Shown: positions 17,157 to 26,727 of the stretch, one piece after another
Layout: each line of letters begins with the position of its first letter
Numbering within the stretch: the stretch's first letter is position 1
NCBI GenBank assembly: GCA_038060895.1
Contig: JBBTCT010000001.1
Coordinates: forward strand, 96,001-160,000
Length of the DNA: 64,000 nt
Source of the DNA: Planctomycetota bacterium
GTDB lineage: Bacteria > Planctomycetota > MHYJ01 > WSZJ01
Direction of reading: 5' to 3'
Notes under the pieces: generated by a model
Databases searched by the model: none
Seen by the model: the letters and a program-made list of their open reading frames with translations, nothing else
What the model was told of the DNA's origin: nothing
Translations under genes and position numbers: made by a program

Positions 17157-19232
17157 ATGCGCCTCATCTTCGTCACGCTTCTCCTCGCCGCCGTTGCTTC
17201 TGCCGATGCCCTCGACGACACCCTCGCGAAGGTCGGCCTCGAACGCAAAGACCTCGGGTGGCGGCCGCGCGGATACTGGAACCGGTACCCGCAGGACATC
17301 CCGTACAAGCTCCGCCACTTCGACGATTGCCTCGCGGAGCCGCTTTCGGTCGTCAACGTCGCGAGGACGCTCGGCAACTCGGAGAAGCTCTTCCTCGACC
17401 CCGTCGCGCTCGCGAAGCCCGCGGAGAAGTCCGACGGCGCCCTTTACAAGGCCGCGTTCGCCCTCGGCGTCGAGCGCAGGATCGGAAGCTTCCGCGCGTA
17501 CTCGGCGAATCTCGTCGCGAAGGACACCGACATCGTCGAAGCGCTTCTTGAAGTCCTGCGCGACTCAGGCCGTCCGGACAAGCTGGTGACGTTTGGCAGC
17601 GAGTCACCGTACCCGGCCATCCGCAAGGACCTCGAGACCGCGGCCGCCGCCATTCCCGCCGCCGCCCGCCCGATCCTCGGCCGCCTCGTTCTCAACGCGC
17701 TCGACGCGCACCGCTGGACGAAGCTGGCCCTTCGAAACGTCCCCCTCGAGAAGCGCGTCGCGGCCTGTGCCCGCCTCGAGCTGGGCGTCGAGAACACCGA
17801 CGCGCTCGACTTCGAGCCCGCCGTCGACGACGTCGCGAAGGCATGGGACGAACCGTCGATGTGGTACGCGGGGCTCAAGTGCGTCGCGGCGCTCGACGAA
17901 GCGCGCCTGGCGCTGGGGAAGATAGCGGAAGCGCCGGGGCCGTTCGTGTTCGACTGGAAGTCGCCATACGGCTGGGTGCGCTTCCGCGGCACGGGAGACG
18001 ACGCGATCGACGCCGCCGACTCGTTCCTGATCGTGGATTTCGGGGGGAAGGACTCGTGGAAGGGGCCCGCGGGCGCGAATGACGCACTGCGTCACATTGC
18101 CCTGGCGCTGGATCTCGCCGGAAACGACACGTACAAGTCGGACGGCCCGGCGCAGGGCGCGGGGCTGTGCGGAATCGGCGTGCTCGTCGACGTGGCGGGC
18201 GACGACGACTACGCGGCGGAATGCTGCGCGCAGGGATTCGGCCAGCTCGGGATGGGCGTCCTCGCCGACCTGGACGGGAAGGATTCGTACTTCGTGAAAT
18301 TCCAGGGGCAGGGGGCCGCGTTCCTCGGCGTTGGAGAACTCCTCGAAATCGCCGGAGACGACACCTACGACCTCTGGTGCCACGGGCAGGGCTACGGCGC
18401 CGTGGGCGGCGTCGGCGTGCTGGCCGACCGCGCGGGGAACGACAGGTACGTCGCCGAGCGCGACCCCAACATCACCGGGCGGCCTTCCTACCACAGCGAG
18501 CTCAAGATCTCCGTCTCCGAGGCCCAGGGGTGCGGCATGGGTCGCCGCGGCGACGGCGCCGACGGACACTCGTGGGCCGGCGGGCTTGGCGCTCTCCTCG
18601 ACGCTTCCGGCGACGACAGCTACACGGCCGGCAACTGGTGCATGGGCACCGGCTACTGGTTCGGGACCGGCGTCCTCTGGGACGGCGGCGGCAACGACCA
18701 CTTCCGAGGCAGCGTCTGGTCCCAGGCCACCGGCGCGCACTTCTGTATCGGCGCGCTCGTCGACGAGGCCGGGAACGACTGGCACGTCGCGATGGACGGC
18801 GCCGTGAACTCGGTCGGCTTTGCCCACGACTTCACCGTCGCCCTGCTGGTCGACGCCGCCGGCGACGACACCTATGAGTCCGCGAACGGCCCCGCCACTT
18901 CCATCAATCGCTCCGTCGCCATGCTGCTCGACCTCGCCGGCGACGACACCTACGTCATGGCCGCCGGCAACCGCCCCGGCACCGCCGTGTTCGACGAGAA
19001 GTTCCGCGACCGCTCCGGCGGCGCTACGTACTTCGCCGACGCTTCCTCCATAGGCCTCTTCCTCGATGTCGGCGGCAGCGATAAGTACAACTCCCGCGAA
19101 GAGAGCAACTTCTCCTGGCTCGATCCTCCCGACTCTCCCAACCCCTCCGTGCGCAACTGGTCCGTCGGGGTCGACCGGGCGGATGGCACGGTTTCGCTCG
19201 ATCCAATCCCGGAGAAAACGCCGCGCAAATGA
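17157..19232 (+). CDS. Secreted protein with about 12 D-x-x-G-x-D-x-Y glycine-rich repeats
   Basis: Signal peptide; DLAGNDTY, DVAGDDDY, DRAGNDRY, DASGDDSY and similar; AGGAG SD. Confidence 0.75.
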   Translation: MRLIFVTLLLAAVASADALDDTLAKVGLERKDLGWRPRGYWNRYPQDIPYKLRHFDDCLAEPLSVVNVARTLGNSEKLFLDPVALAKPAEKSDGALYKAAFALGVERRIGSFRAYSANLVAKDTDIVEALLEVLRDSGRPDKLVTFGSESPYPAIRKDLETAAAAIPAAARPILGRLVLNALDAHRWTKLALRNVPLEKRVAACARLELGVENTDALDFEPAVDDVAKAWDEPSMWYAGLKCVAALDEARLALGKIAEAPGPFVFDWKSPYGWVRFRGTGDDAIDAADSFLIVDFGGKDSWKGPAGANDALRHIALALDLAGNDTYKSDGPAQGAGLCGIGVLVDVAGDDDYAAECCAQGFGQLGMGVLADLDGKDSYFVKFQGQGAAFLGVGELLEIAGDDTYDLWCHGQGYGAVGGVGVLADRAGNDRYVAERDPNITGRPSYHSELKISVSEAQGCGMGRRGDGADGHSWAGGLGALLDASGDDSYTAGNWCMGTGYWFGTGVLWDGGGNDHFRGSVWSQATGAHFCIGALVDEAGNDWHVAMDGAVNSVGFAHDFTVALLVDAAGDDTYESANGPATSINRSVAMLLDLAGDDTYVMAAGNRPGTAVFDEKFRDRSGGATYFADASSIGLFLDVGGSDKYNSREESNFSWLDPPDSPNPSVRNWSVGVDRADGTVSLDPIPEKTPRK

Positions 19233-19348
19233 GATGTCGAAGTTGGCGTTCCAGGCCCGTTCGCGTTGTAAGATTGCTTTCCTCAGATGTAACACCAAGG
19301 GCGTCCGTCCGTCCCTCCTTCATACCCCTCCTCTGCCCGGAGCCTCCC

Positions 19349-20377
19349 ATGCGCTTCGCACTCCCCGTCGCACTTCTCCTCGCGCTTCCCGCCCTCGCCC
19401 AGACGCCGAAGCAGGTGCCCATCAAGAAGGGCGTCAACGAAGTGGACACGGCCGAGGGGAAGTACTGGCTGGACATTCCGAACAACTACGACCCGAAGAA
19501 GCCGATGCCGGTGATCTGTTTCCTGCACGGGAAGACTGTTGACCTGAAGGCGGACAACGCGCGCGGGCAGCTGGACAACGCGTTCGTCATCCAGATGAAG
19601 AAGCGCGGCTACATTGCGGTGGCGCCGGTGATGCCTCCGGCGCACCGGCCGCACTGGTTTGAGAACGGGAACTCTTATCCGTTCATGGAGACGTGGCTGA
19701 CGGACCTGCACTCGAAGGTGAACGTGCAGTACATCGTCTGCAGCGGGTTCAGCGCCGGCGCGAACTACACGATGCACTACGGTCAGCACCGTACTTACCA
19801 CGCGTGGTTCTCGGGATACCTCGTGATGGCGGGCGGGTGTCCTGTCGACAAAGGAGCGCCGGAGCTGATCCGGAAGAAGCCGATCTGGCTCGGATGCGGC
19901 GACCAGGACAACGACATGTACGACGACAAGATGAACACGACCGGCGGCGCGCGGCTGACCTCGGCCGACCTCAAGGCCAACGGGTTCGACAGCTACTACG
20001 ACGAGTTCCCGAAGGTCGGGCACACGATGGACCAGAAAATGGTCGAGAAGGCGCTCGTTTTCCACGACGCCAACCAGGGGAACTTCGCCGCGATCGGCGC
20101 GTGCATGAGGGCCAGCCAGATCAAGGACAAGGAGCCGGCGAAAGCGCTCGTGCTCCTTGAGATGTCTGCGGCCGGAAAGCTGAAAGCGAACGAGTACTGG
20201 GCGAAGAAGGTCGCCGAAACCACGACGGCCATCGTCGATGCCGCGAAGAAGGCCATTGCCGCTGCGGTCGCGATGACGGACGAAGCGAAGAAGAAAGAGG
20301 AGCTGGGGAAGCTCGGGCAGGCATGGGTCGGGACGAGCGTTGAGAAGCTCGTGAAGGATGCGATGGCCAAGAAGTAG
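19349..20377 (+). CDS. Secreted alpha/beta hydrolase (esterase/peptidase-like)
   Basis: Signal peptide; PVICFLHG, GFSAG nucleophile elbow, GDQD, VGH. Confidence 0.8.
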   Translation: MRFALPVALLLALPALAQTPKQVPIKKGVNEVDTAEGKYWLDIPNNYDPKKPMPVICFLHGKTVDLKADNARGQLDNAFVIQMKKRGYIAVAPVMPPAHRPHWFENGNSYPFMETWLTDLHSKVNVQYIVCSGFSAGANYTMHYGQHRTYHAWFSGYLVMAGGCPVDKGAPELIRKKPIWLGCGDQDNDMYDDKMNTTGGARLTSADLKANGFDSYYDEFPKVGHTMDQKMVEKALVFHDANQGNFAAIGACMRASQIKDKEPAKALVLLEMSAAGKLKANEYWAKKVAETTTAIVDAAKKAIAAAVAMTDEAKKKEELGKLGQAWVGTSVEKLVKDAMAKK

Positions 20378-20405
20378 GTAGTTGGTAGTGGGTAGGAGGT
20401 AGGAA
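20372..20405. repeat. Short degenerate heptamer tandem repeat (TAGTNGG-like) between convergent genes
   Basis: aagtagg tagttgg tagtggg taggagg tagga. Confidence 0.5.
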
Positions 20406-20436
20406 CAGCCTCCCGGTGGGAAGTTTCTGGCCTGAC

Positions 20437-21567
20437 CTACTTGATCTTCCGGAATTCGGCGTTGCCGCCCTGTTCCCAGACGACCCCGACCGATTTCCCG
20501 GCCGAAAGGCTCGGGTACGTCGCTTCGGCGCCGTCGGCGCTCATCCGCTCCGGTTTGGCTCCCGCCGCGGACGTCTGCATCCATATCCCGGGCTTCCCGC
20601 CTCGCGCGTCTTCCCAGGCGATGTAGAAGACGCCGGTGCTGTCAGCGCCTGCGCTGGGATGGCCCTGCACGCCCTCGGGCTTCTCGGGCAGGAGCGCCTC
20701 GGGTGGAAGCTGGCCGCCTGCCGATGACACCGCCCACATCACGTCGCGGTCCTTGCCGCCCGGATTCCCCATCCAGCCCACCGCAAACCTCTTTCCATCG
20801 TCGCTCACGGCGACCGTGGGGGCGTCCATGGGTCAGTCGGGTATCTTTGTGTCCTTCTTGTTCACGCGCGCCGGCGGCGCGAACGACTTTCCTCCGTCAC
20901 GCGACATCGTCAGGAAGATCTCGCGGCTCGAGTCGTCCGCCATCTCCCGGTAGGCAACGAACGGGTTTCCTTTGCCGTCAATCGCAATGCCCGGCGCACA
21001 GCAGGGACAAACGGGCGGTGAAATCTTCACGTTCTTCCCCACCTTGCCGCCCGACACCTTCGCATACCAGAGGCTGTTCCCCTTCCCCGCCCGGTCGTCG
21101 AGCCAGACGACGTGCGCGTCCCCGGCGTCCGATACAGCGAGCTGGTGAAGCGATTCGGCGGCGGAACCCGGCGTGTCGTTGACCTGCACGGGCTTCTCGA
21201 ACGTCTTGCCGCCGTCCTTCGAGATCGCAAGCCAGAGCTCGCACTTCGGATACTTCTCCTTCTGTTTCTCCGGGTCAAAGCAAAGCGGCGCGGTGATGAA
21301 GACGTCCTTCTTCCCATCGACCCCGATACGCGGCCCGCGCTGCTTCCCGCCCTGGGCCTTACCCTTCACGTCGATCGCGACCGCGGGGGCGCTCCAGGTC
21401 TTGCCGCCGTCCGTGGAGATCGACAGCTCGATATTCCCGTTGCGCACGAACGTGCAGTAGAACGCGCCGTCGGAATCCTGCGCGAGCTGGGGCTGGGTTG
21501 CGCCGGAGGCGACAGTTTCTGCCACGGCTGCGCTGGCGAGCAACAGGACGGCGAAGAGGCTTCTCAT
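20437..21567 (-). CDS. Secreted BNR/Asp-box beta-propeller (sialidase-like) protein, probable selenoprotein (Sec at TGA 20835-20833, about 376 aa)
   Basis: ORFs 20833-21579 and 20437-20829 are in one frame, joined by GAC-TGA-CCC-ATG-GAC (D-U-P-M-D). Three SxDGGKT/S Asp-boxes; VCPCC motif; hairpin just 3' of the TGA. Confidence 0.8.
20800..20832 (-). promoter_or_regulatory. Candidate bacterial SECIS element
   Basis: On the minus strand after UGA: CCCAUGGACGCCCC-CACG-GUCGC-CGUG, so a G-U-initiated loop starts 19 nt after the UGA. Confidence 0.5.
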
Positions 21568-21575
21568 GCCCGAAA

Positions 21576-23084
21576 TCATACCCCGGAAGCCGCCTGGATG
21601 GCACCCGAGGAAATGAGATCGCGGACGCGTTCGATGTCGGCCGACATCGCCCGGTCGCGATCCAGCCGCCTTGACTTCGAGCGGATCAGCCGGTGCACGC
21701 GCTCGAGGGCGGCGCTGGACCGGAGCGGACGGTGAAACTCGATTCCCTGCGCCGCGGCGATCAGTTCGATCGCGACGACACGCTCGACGTTGTCGAGGAT
21801 CCGGCGGAGCTTCAACACCGCCGTCACCCCCATGGAGACATGGTCTTCCTTGTTCGCGGACGTCGGGATCGAATCGACGGAGGCAGGGTGGGCGAACACC
21901 TTGTTCTCGCTGACCAGCGCGGCCGCAACGACCTGCAGGATCATCATCCCGCTGTTCAGGCCGCTCTCGCGGGAGAGGAAGGGCGGGAGGCCGCTCAGGT
22001 CCGGATTGACGAGGTTCTCCGTGCGTCGCTCGCTGATCGCGCCGAACTCGCAGATGCCGAGCGCGACGAAGTCGGCGGCCTGCGCGACCGGCTGGCCGTG
22101 AAAGTTGCCGCCGGAGAGAATCGCGCCGTCGTCCGGGAAGACAAGCGGGTTGTCGGTCGCGGAGTTCATCTCAATTTCGACCACGCGCTCCGCGAACGCC
22201 ATCGCGTCCCGCGCGGCGCCGTGCACCTGGGGCACGCACCGGAGCGAGTACTGGTCCTGCACCTTGCCGCAGTTCTTGTGCGACACGCGGATCGCGCTGC
22301 CTCTCATGAGATCCCGAACCCGCTTCGCCACCAGCCCCTGCCCCGGGTGAGGACGCACCTCCTGGATCCGCGCGTCGAACGCCGACGTCGTCCCCTTCAG
22401 CGCGTCCAGCGTCAGCGCCGCCGCGATGTCCGAAGCGTCGGCCAGCCGGCGGGCGCGCAGGAGGCTGATGGCGAGAAGCGACGACATGATCTGCGTCCCG
22501 TTGATGAGCGAGATTCCCTCTTTCGCGCCGAGCTGCAGCGGTTTCAGTCCCGCGAACTTCAAGGCCACCAGGCCGGGGACTCTCCTTCCGGACGGAAGGA
22601 ACGCCTCGCCTTCCCCGATGAGGACCAGCGCCAGGTGCGCCAGCGGCGCCAGGTCGCCCGACGCCCCGACGCTTCCCTGCTCCGGAATCACCGGGACGAC
22701 GCCCGAATTGGCGAGGTGAACGAGCTGGGCGACAACCCGGCGACGGACGCCCGAGTGACCGCGCACCAGCGTGTTCGCGCGAAGAAGGACGGCCACCCGC
22801 GCTTCGGCGGACGACAGCGGCGCGCCCACCCCCACGGCATGGCTACGCAGCAGGTTGAGCTGCAGGTCGCGGATCTGGGCGTCCGGAATCCGGACATTCG
22901 CAAGCCGCCCGAACCCCGTGTTCACCCCGTAGATCGCTTTCCCGGACGCCAGCAGCTTCTCGACCACTTTCCTCGCCGCGTCCACTCGCTTCCATGCCGC
23001 CGGAGCCACCCGCGCGGCATCGCCCCCGAGGAAGCGCGCGACGTCGTCCAGCGAGACTGACCGACCGTCGAGGCGAATGGGCAT
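21576..23084 (-). CDS. hutH: Histidine ammonia-lyase
   Basis: YGVNTGFG, GASGDLAPL (MIO), QDQYSLRC, GGNFHG, EDHVSMG. Confidence 0.95.
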   Translation of the reverse strand: MPIRLDGRSVSLDDVARFLGGDAARVAPAAWKRVDAARKVVEKLLASGKAIYGVNTGFGRLANVRIPDAQIRDLQLNLLRSHAVGVGAPLSSAEARVAVLLRANTLVRGHSGVRRRVVAQLVHLANSGVVPVIPEQGSVGASGDLAPLAHLALVLIGEGEAFLPSGRRVPGLVALKFAGLKPLQLGAKEGISLINGTQIMSSLLAISLLRARRLADASDIAAALTLDALKGTTSAFDARIQEVRPHPGQGLVAKRVRDLMRGSAIRVSHKNCGKVQDQYSLRCVPQVHGAARDAMAFAERVVEIEMNSATDNPLVFPDDGAILSGGNFHGQPVAQAADFVALGICEFGAISERRTENLVNPDLSGLPPFLSRESGLNSGMMILQVVAAALVSENKVFAHPASVDSIPTSANKEDHVSMGVTAVLKLRRILDNVERVVAIELIAAAQGIEFHRPLRSSAALERVHRLIRSKSRRLDRDRAMSADIERVRDLISSGAIQAASGV

Positions 23085-23176
23085 GCGGCGTGTGTAAACG
23101 TGGCAGAAGCCTGAGTCAAGGAATGCAGAGCCTCACCCGCGCGATTTCTCCACAGCCTCAGTAGAATCCTTCAGCG

Positions 23177-23464
23177 ATGCCCCCCCTGAACGAGATCCTC
23201 TGCTCGCGCTGCCGCGCCCGGATTCCCGAAGCGGGCCCCCAGCGGCTATGCAGCAGATGCGTCGCCGAGCTCATGAAGTCCGACCACCGGGAGGAAGCGA
23301 AGGGCTTCCTGCCGGGCGACCACGTGCAGATCATTCAGGGGGTCTTTGCCGGCCAGTCGGCCGTCGTGGTGTCGGCGGACGAGGACGGCGTCGTGAGGGC
23401 GAGATCGGTGATCATGAAGATCCCGCTGGAAGTGGAATTCCTCCCGTGGCAGCTGGCGCGGTGA
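23177..23464 (+). CDS. Small protein: CxxC-CxxC zinc ribbon plus NusG-type KOW domain
   Basis: CSRC...CSRC; FLPGDHVQIIQGVFAGQSAVV...PLEVEFLPWQL. Confidence 0.65.
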   Translation: MPPLNEILCSRCRARIPEAGPQRLCSRCVAELMKSDHREEAKGFLPGDHVQIIQGVFAGQSAVVVSADEDGVVRARSVIMKIPLEVEFLPWQLAR

Positions 23465-23488
23465 CGGGGGTCGACCGGCGGGGCGCCT

Positions 23489-24685
23489 CTACTCGTCCGC
23501 GACGCGCGGGATGCTGTCGCCCAGGATCTTGACGGCCGCTTCCATCTTTTTCTCCAGCTCTTCCCACTCCGCGCCGGGCTTGCGCCCCGCCGCGAGTTCC
23601 CGAACGTGGTCGAGCATCCGCATCGCCACCTTCTGGACCGATTCGGCCCTTGCGAAATAGGCTTCGGGCAGCTCGCCCGAGAGGTTGAGAGCCGCCTCCA
23701 TCAGCCGCCCTGAAATGTCGGTGGAGGCATCCGCCCAGCCTTCAGCGTCCGCCGCCGCCTTTTCGCGCCACCCCTTCACTTCCCCGGCAAGTTTCTGAAC
23801 TGTATCGAGGGCCGAATCGACTTTCGCGGCATCGATGATCTGCCCGATCCCGAGGAAATCGAGGTAGTGCTGGAAGTCCTCTTCCGCATCCGCCATCGCG
23901 AGGTCGAACTCCTTGGCATCGGGGCGCTTTGCGGCGGCCTTGCTGAAGTGGATCGTCGCCTGGTCGAGCAGCGGACAGACCTTCTGGAGAATCCAGTCAA
24001 TGCGCTGTTTGCCGCGGCACTCCATCCAGTAGAGCTCGGCTTTGCGGCGGCGGCCGTTGCGTTCCTTGACGGCATTGATCCGGCGGTCGGCGTCGCCGCG
24101 GAAATCCGGCCATCCGGCGTCGGCGGCGGCGCCCAGTTTCGCCCACTTGCGGCGGAGGGCGTCCAGGACGCGCCCGATGCGCGCCATGTCCTCGTACACC
24201 TCGCGGTCGGCCCTCGCGCGCATCGCAGGCAGGTCTTTCGCGGTGCCGACGTGAACGTCCGCACTGGCATGGGCCTGCCCGTCATCTCCCGGCGCATTCT
24301 CGTCGGGCCACGAAACGACCACGCGGTATTGACCCGGCCACGTCGCAAGCTCCGAGGACCCCATTTTGGCGCTGATCGAGCCGTCGCTGGAACGGACGTC
24401 GTCTTTGTCCACGTCGATCAGTTCCTCTTCGAAATCCGGATCCCCGGGAGCGACCAGGGCGGGCGGGATCTTGTACTGCCGGACGTAATAGAGGCGCAGG
24501 TCGAATCGCGTCCCCTCGGGCTTCGATGTCCTGGCGGCGAAAACGAAGGCCGACTGCCCCCGGGACTCCTCGAGCCGGACCTCCGCGCCCGTCACGGCGG
24601 AGGGCGACTCCTCCGCGAAGCCGCGAGAGGCGTACCCCGCCACGACCACGGCCACCAGCATCAGAACTCTCTGCATCAGTCTCAT
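23489..24685 (-). CDS. Hypothetical secreted protein
   Basis: Signal peptide (GFA-EE), GGAGG SD, helical C-terminal half. Confidence 0.7.
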   Translation of the reverse strand: MRLMQRVLMLVAVVVAGYASRGFAEESPSAVTGAEVRLEESRGQSAFVFAARTSKPEGTRFDLRLYYVRQYKIPPALVAPGDPDFEEELIDVDKDDVRSSDGSISAKMGSSELATWPGQYRVVVSWPDENAPGDDGQAHASADVHVGTAKDLPAMRARADREVYEDMARIGRVLDALRRKWAKLGAAADAGWPDFRGDADRRINAVKERNGRRRKAELYWMECRGKQRIDWILQKVCPLLDQATIHFSKAAAKRPDAKEFDLAMADAEEDFQHYLDFLGIGQIIDAAKVDSALDTVQKLAGEVKGWREKAAADAEGWADASTDISGRLMEAALNLSGELPEAYFARAESVQKVAMRMLDHVRELAAGRKPGAEWEELEKKMEAAVKILGDSIPRVADE

Positions 24686-24733
24686 GCTACACCCTCCCGG
24701 AATCCGTCGAGCCGGCAATCCAGCGGGGGCTCC

Positions 24734-24785
24734 GCCCTGAGCGAGCCCCCTGAGCGCCATCGGCGCGAAGGGGCGAGTCGAAGGG
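24734..24785. repeat. REP-like palindrome (CCCTTCGACTCGC...GCTCGCTCAGGGC on the minus strand)
   Basis: Resembles the widespread CTTCGACTCGC/CGCTCAGG intergenic palindromes; single copy in this window. Confidence 0.45.
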
Positions 24786-24869
24786 AATTTCGCTTGTTGC
24801 ACCTCAGGAGCCTCCCTAGACTTTCCCCCCCTACCAACGAATTCGCCCGCGAAAGGGTCGGTTCTTCCC

Positions 24870-26198
24870 ATGATCGTCATGAAATTCGGCGGCACCTCGG
24901 TCGGCTCGGCCGACCGCATCATGAGCTGCGCCGAGATCGTCAAAAAGAACCTGCCGCGATCGCCGATCGTCGTGGTCAGCGCGCACTCGAAAGTGACCGA
25001 CATGCTGATCGCCGTGGCCCGGAAGGCCGTCAAGGGTCAGCCTGAGATCGACGAGATCCGGGAACGCCACCTGAAGATCATCGCAGACCTGGGACTGAAG
25101 CCGTCCCTGGTGGAGAAACTGCTCAACGAACTGGAAGTGCTTCTCAAGGGAATCTCCCTGGTCAAAGAGCTGACCCCGCGCACGCTCGACTACGTCCTCA
25201 GCTTCGGCGAGCGCATGAGCGTCCGGACCGTCACCGCAGCCTTCGAAAAAGCCGGTCTCCCCGCCACCGCGGTGGACGCCTTCGATCTCGGGCTCATCAC
25301 CGATTCGAATTTCGGAAGCGCCGTCCCGCTCGCCGAGGCGGACAACATCATCGCGTGGAACGTGAAGCGCTTCGAGAAGCTCCCCGTCGTCACGGGGTAC
25401 ATCGGCAAGAACAAGGAAGGTGACATCACGACGCTCGGCCGCAACGGGAGCGATTACACGGCGGCGATCCTCGGCGCGGCGTGCGCCGCGGAGGAGATCC
25501 AGATCTGGAGCGACGTCGACGGCGTCTGCAGCGCGGACCCGCAGATCGTGAAGGGCTCGCACTCGATCGACGAGATGTCGTTCGACGAGGCCAGCGAACT
25601 CGCGTACTACGGCGGGCGGATCCACCCGGCGACGCTCGTGCCGGCGGTGAAGAAGGACATCCCGATCCGCCTGAAGAACACCTACAAACCTGAAAACCCC
25701 GGCACCCTGATCCGGCGCAAAGTCGTGGTGAAAGGGATCGTGAAGAGCGTGGTCTACAAGGAGGACCTCTTCATGATCGACCTCATGAGCACGCGCATGC
25801 TCCAGCACCACGGATTCATGTCCCGGATCTTCGAGATCTTCGGCAAGTACGGGATCGTCGTGGACATGATCGCGACGAGCGAAGTGTCGGTCTCGCTGAC
25901 GGTAGACAGCGATCGAAACCTGGAACCCGCGATCAAGGAGCTGCAGGAGTTCGCGGACGTCCAGGTCGAGGGAGGCAAGGCGATCATCTGCGTCGTCGGC
26001 GAGGGGATCCGCAACCACATGGGCGTCCCGGGCCAGGTCTTCGGCGCGCTGGCGGGGGCGGGGATCGGCGTCCAGATGATCAGCCAGTCCGCAATGAACA
26101 TCAATATCGCGTTCCTGGTGAACAACGACCAGGTCGCCCTCGCCGTGGGGACGCTCCACGAGACGTTTTTCGGGAAGGGCGAAGCGACAGGCGGCTAG
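24870..26198 (+). CDS. lysC: Aspartate kinase
   Basis: MKFGGTSVG, TTLGRNGSDY, WSDVDG, two ACT domains. Confidence 0.95.
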   Translation: MIVMKFGGTSVGSADRIMSCAEIVKKNLPRSPIVVVSAHSKVTDMLIAVARKAVKGQPEIDEIRERHLKIIADLGLKPSLVEKLLNELEVLLKGISLVKELTPRTLDYVLSFGERMSVRTVTAAFEKAGLPATAVDAFDLGLITDSNFGSAVPLAEADNIIAWNVKRFEKLPVVTGYIGKNKEGDITTLGRNGSDYTAAILGAACAAEEIQIWSDVDGVCSADPQIVKGSHSIDEMSFDEASELAYYGGRIHPATLVPAVKKDIPIRLKNTYKPENPGTLIRRKVVVKGIVKSVVYKEDLFMIDLMSTRMLQHHGFMSRIFEIFGKYGIVVDMIATSEVSVSLTVDSDRNLEPAIKELQEFADVQVEGGKAIICVVGEGIRNHMGVPGQVFGALAGAGIGVQMISQSAMNINIAFLVNNDQVALAVGTLHETFFGKGEATGG

Positions 26199-26233
26199 AA
26201 TCAACCCGCGCGCACTTTCCCGCCGCGCACACG

Positions 26234-26635
26234 ATGACCCTTCCCTACGAGCAGGAACGTCGCGAATTCGTCCGGGTCCGCCTCCAGATCCCGGTGCGCT
26301 ACAAGTTTCTCTCGAAGGTGCGAACCGGCGAGGCGATGGACGACGTGTACGAGGGCGCGACGACGAACCTGGGCGGTGGCGGGCTGCTGCTCCTGGGGAA
26401 AATCCCGGTCGTCGACTGGATTCCCGAACTGCTCATGCAGAAAATCGTGATCGGCGTGAACCTGCTTCTGCCGCACGACGAGGCGCCGATCAAGGCGCTG
26501 ACGCGGGTGGCCTGGGTGGAGACGTTTGACGAGACGACGATGAAGTGCAACCTGGGGCTGAAGTTCAAGGAGATCACCCAGGCGGACAAGGACCGGATAT
26601 TCAAGTTCGTGATCAAAGTCCAGATGCCGTCATAG
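26234..26635 (+). CDS. PilZ domain protein
   Basis: ERREFVR (RxxxR) and NLGGGG (D/NxS/GxxG-like). Confidence 0.8.
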   Translation: MTLPYEQERREFVRVRLQIPVRYKFLSKVRTGEAMDDVYEGATTNLGGGGLLLLGKIPVVDWIPELLMQKIVIGVNLLLPHDEAPIKALTRVAWVETFDETTMKCNLGLKFKEITQADKDRIFKFVIKVQMPS

Positions 26636-26650
26636 TCGTTCGACACGCTT

Positions 26651-26690
26651 GATTCCCGGGGTCGCGCCTTTCGGCCGCGCCCCCGGAATC
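26651..26690 (+). terminator. GC-rich intergenic hairpin
   Basis: GATTCCCGGGG...CCCCGGAATC; no U-tail. Confidence 0.4.
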
Positions 26691-26727
26691 AGTGCTGACT
26701 GACCACCAGCCGGACACAGGGAGAGCG

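Noticed and set aside
20437-20829. Separate 130-aa gene, or a nonsense pseudogene
   Set aside because: It continues the propeller in frame, lacks its own signal peptide or RBS, and the TGA falls at a Cys-type motif. Sec readthrough is the better explanation.
24690-24869. Lysine riboswitch upstream of lysC
   Set aside because: No AGAGGNGC start or other recognisable L-box motifs.
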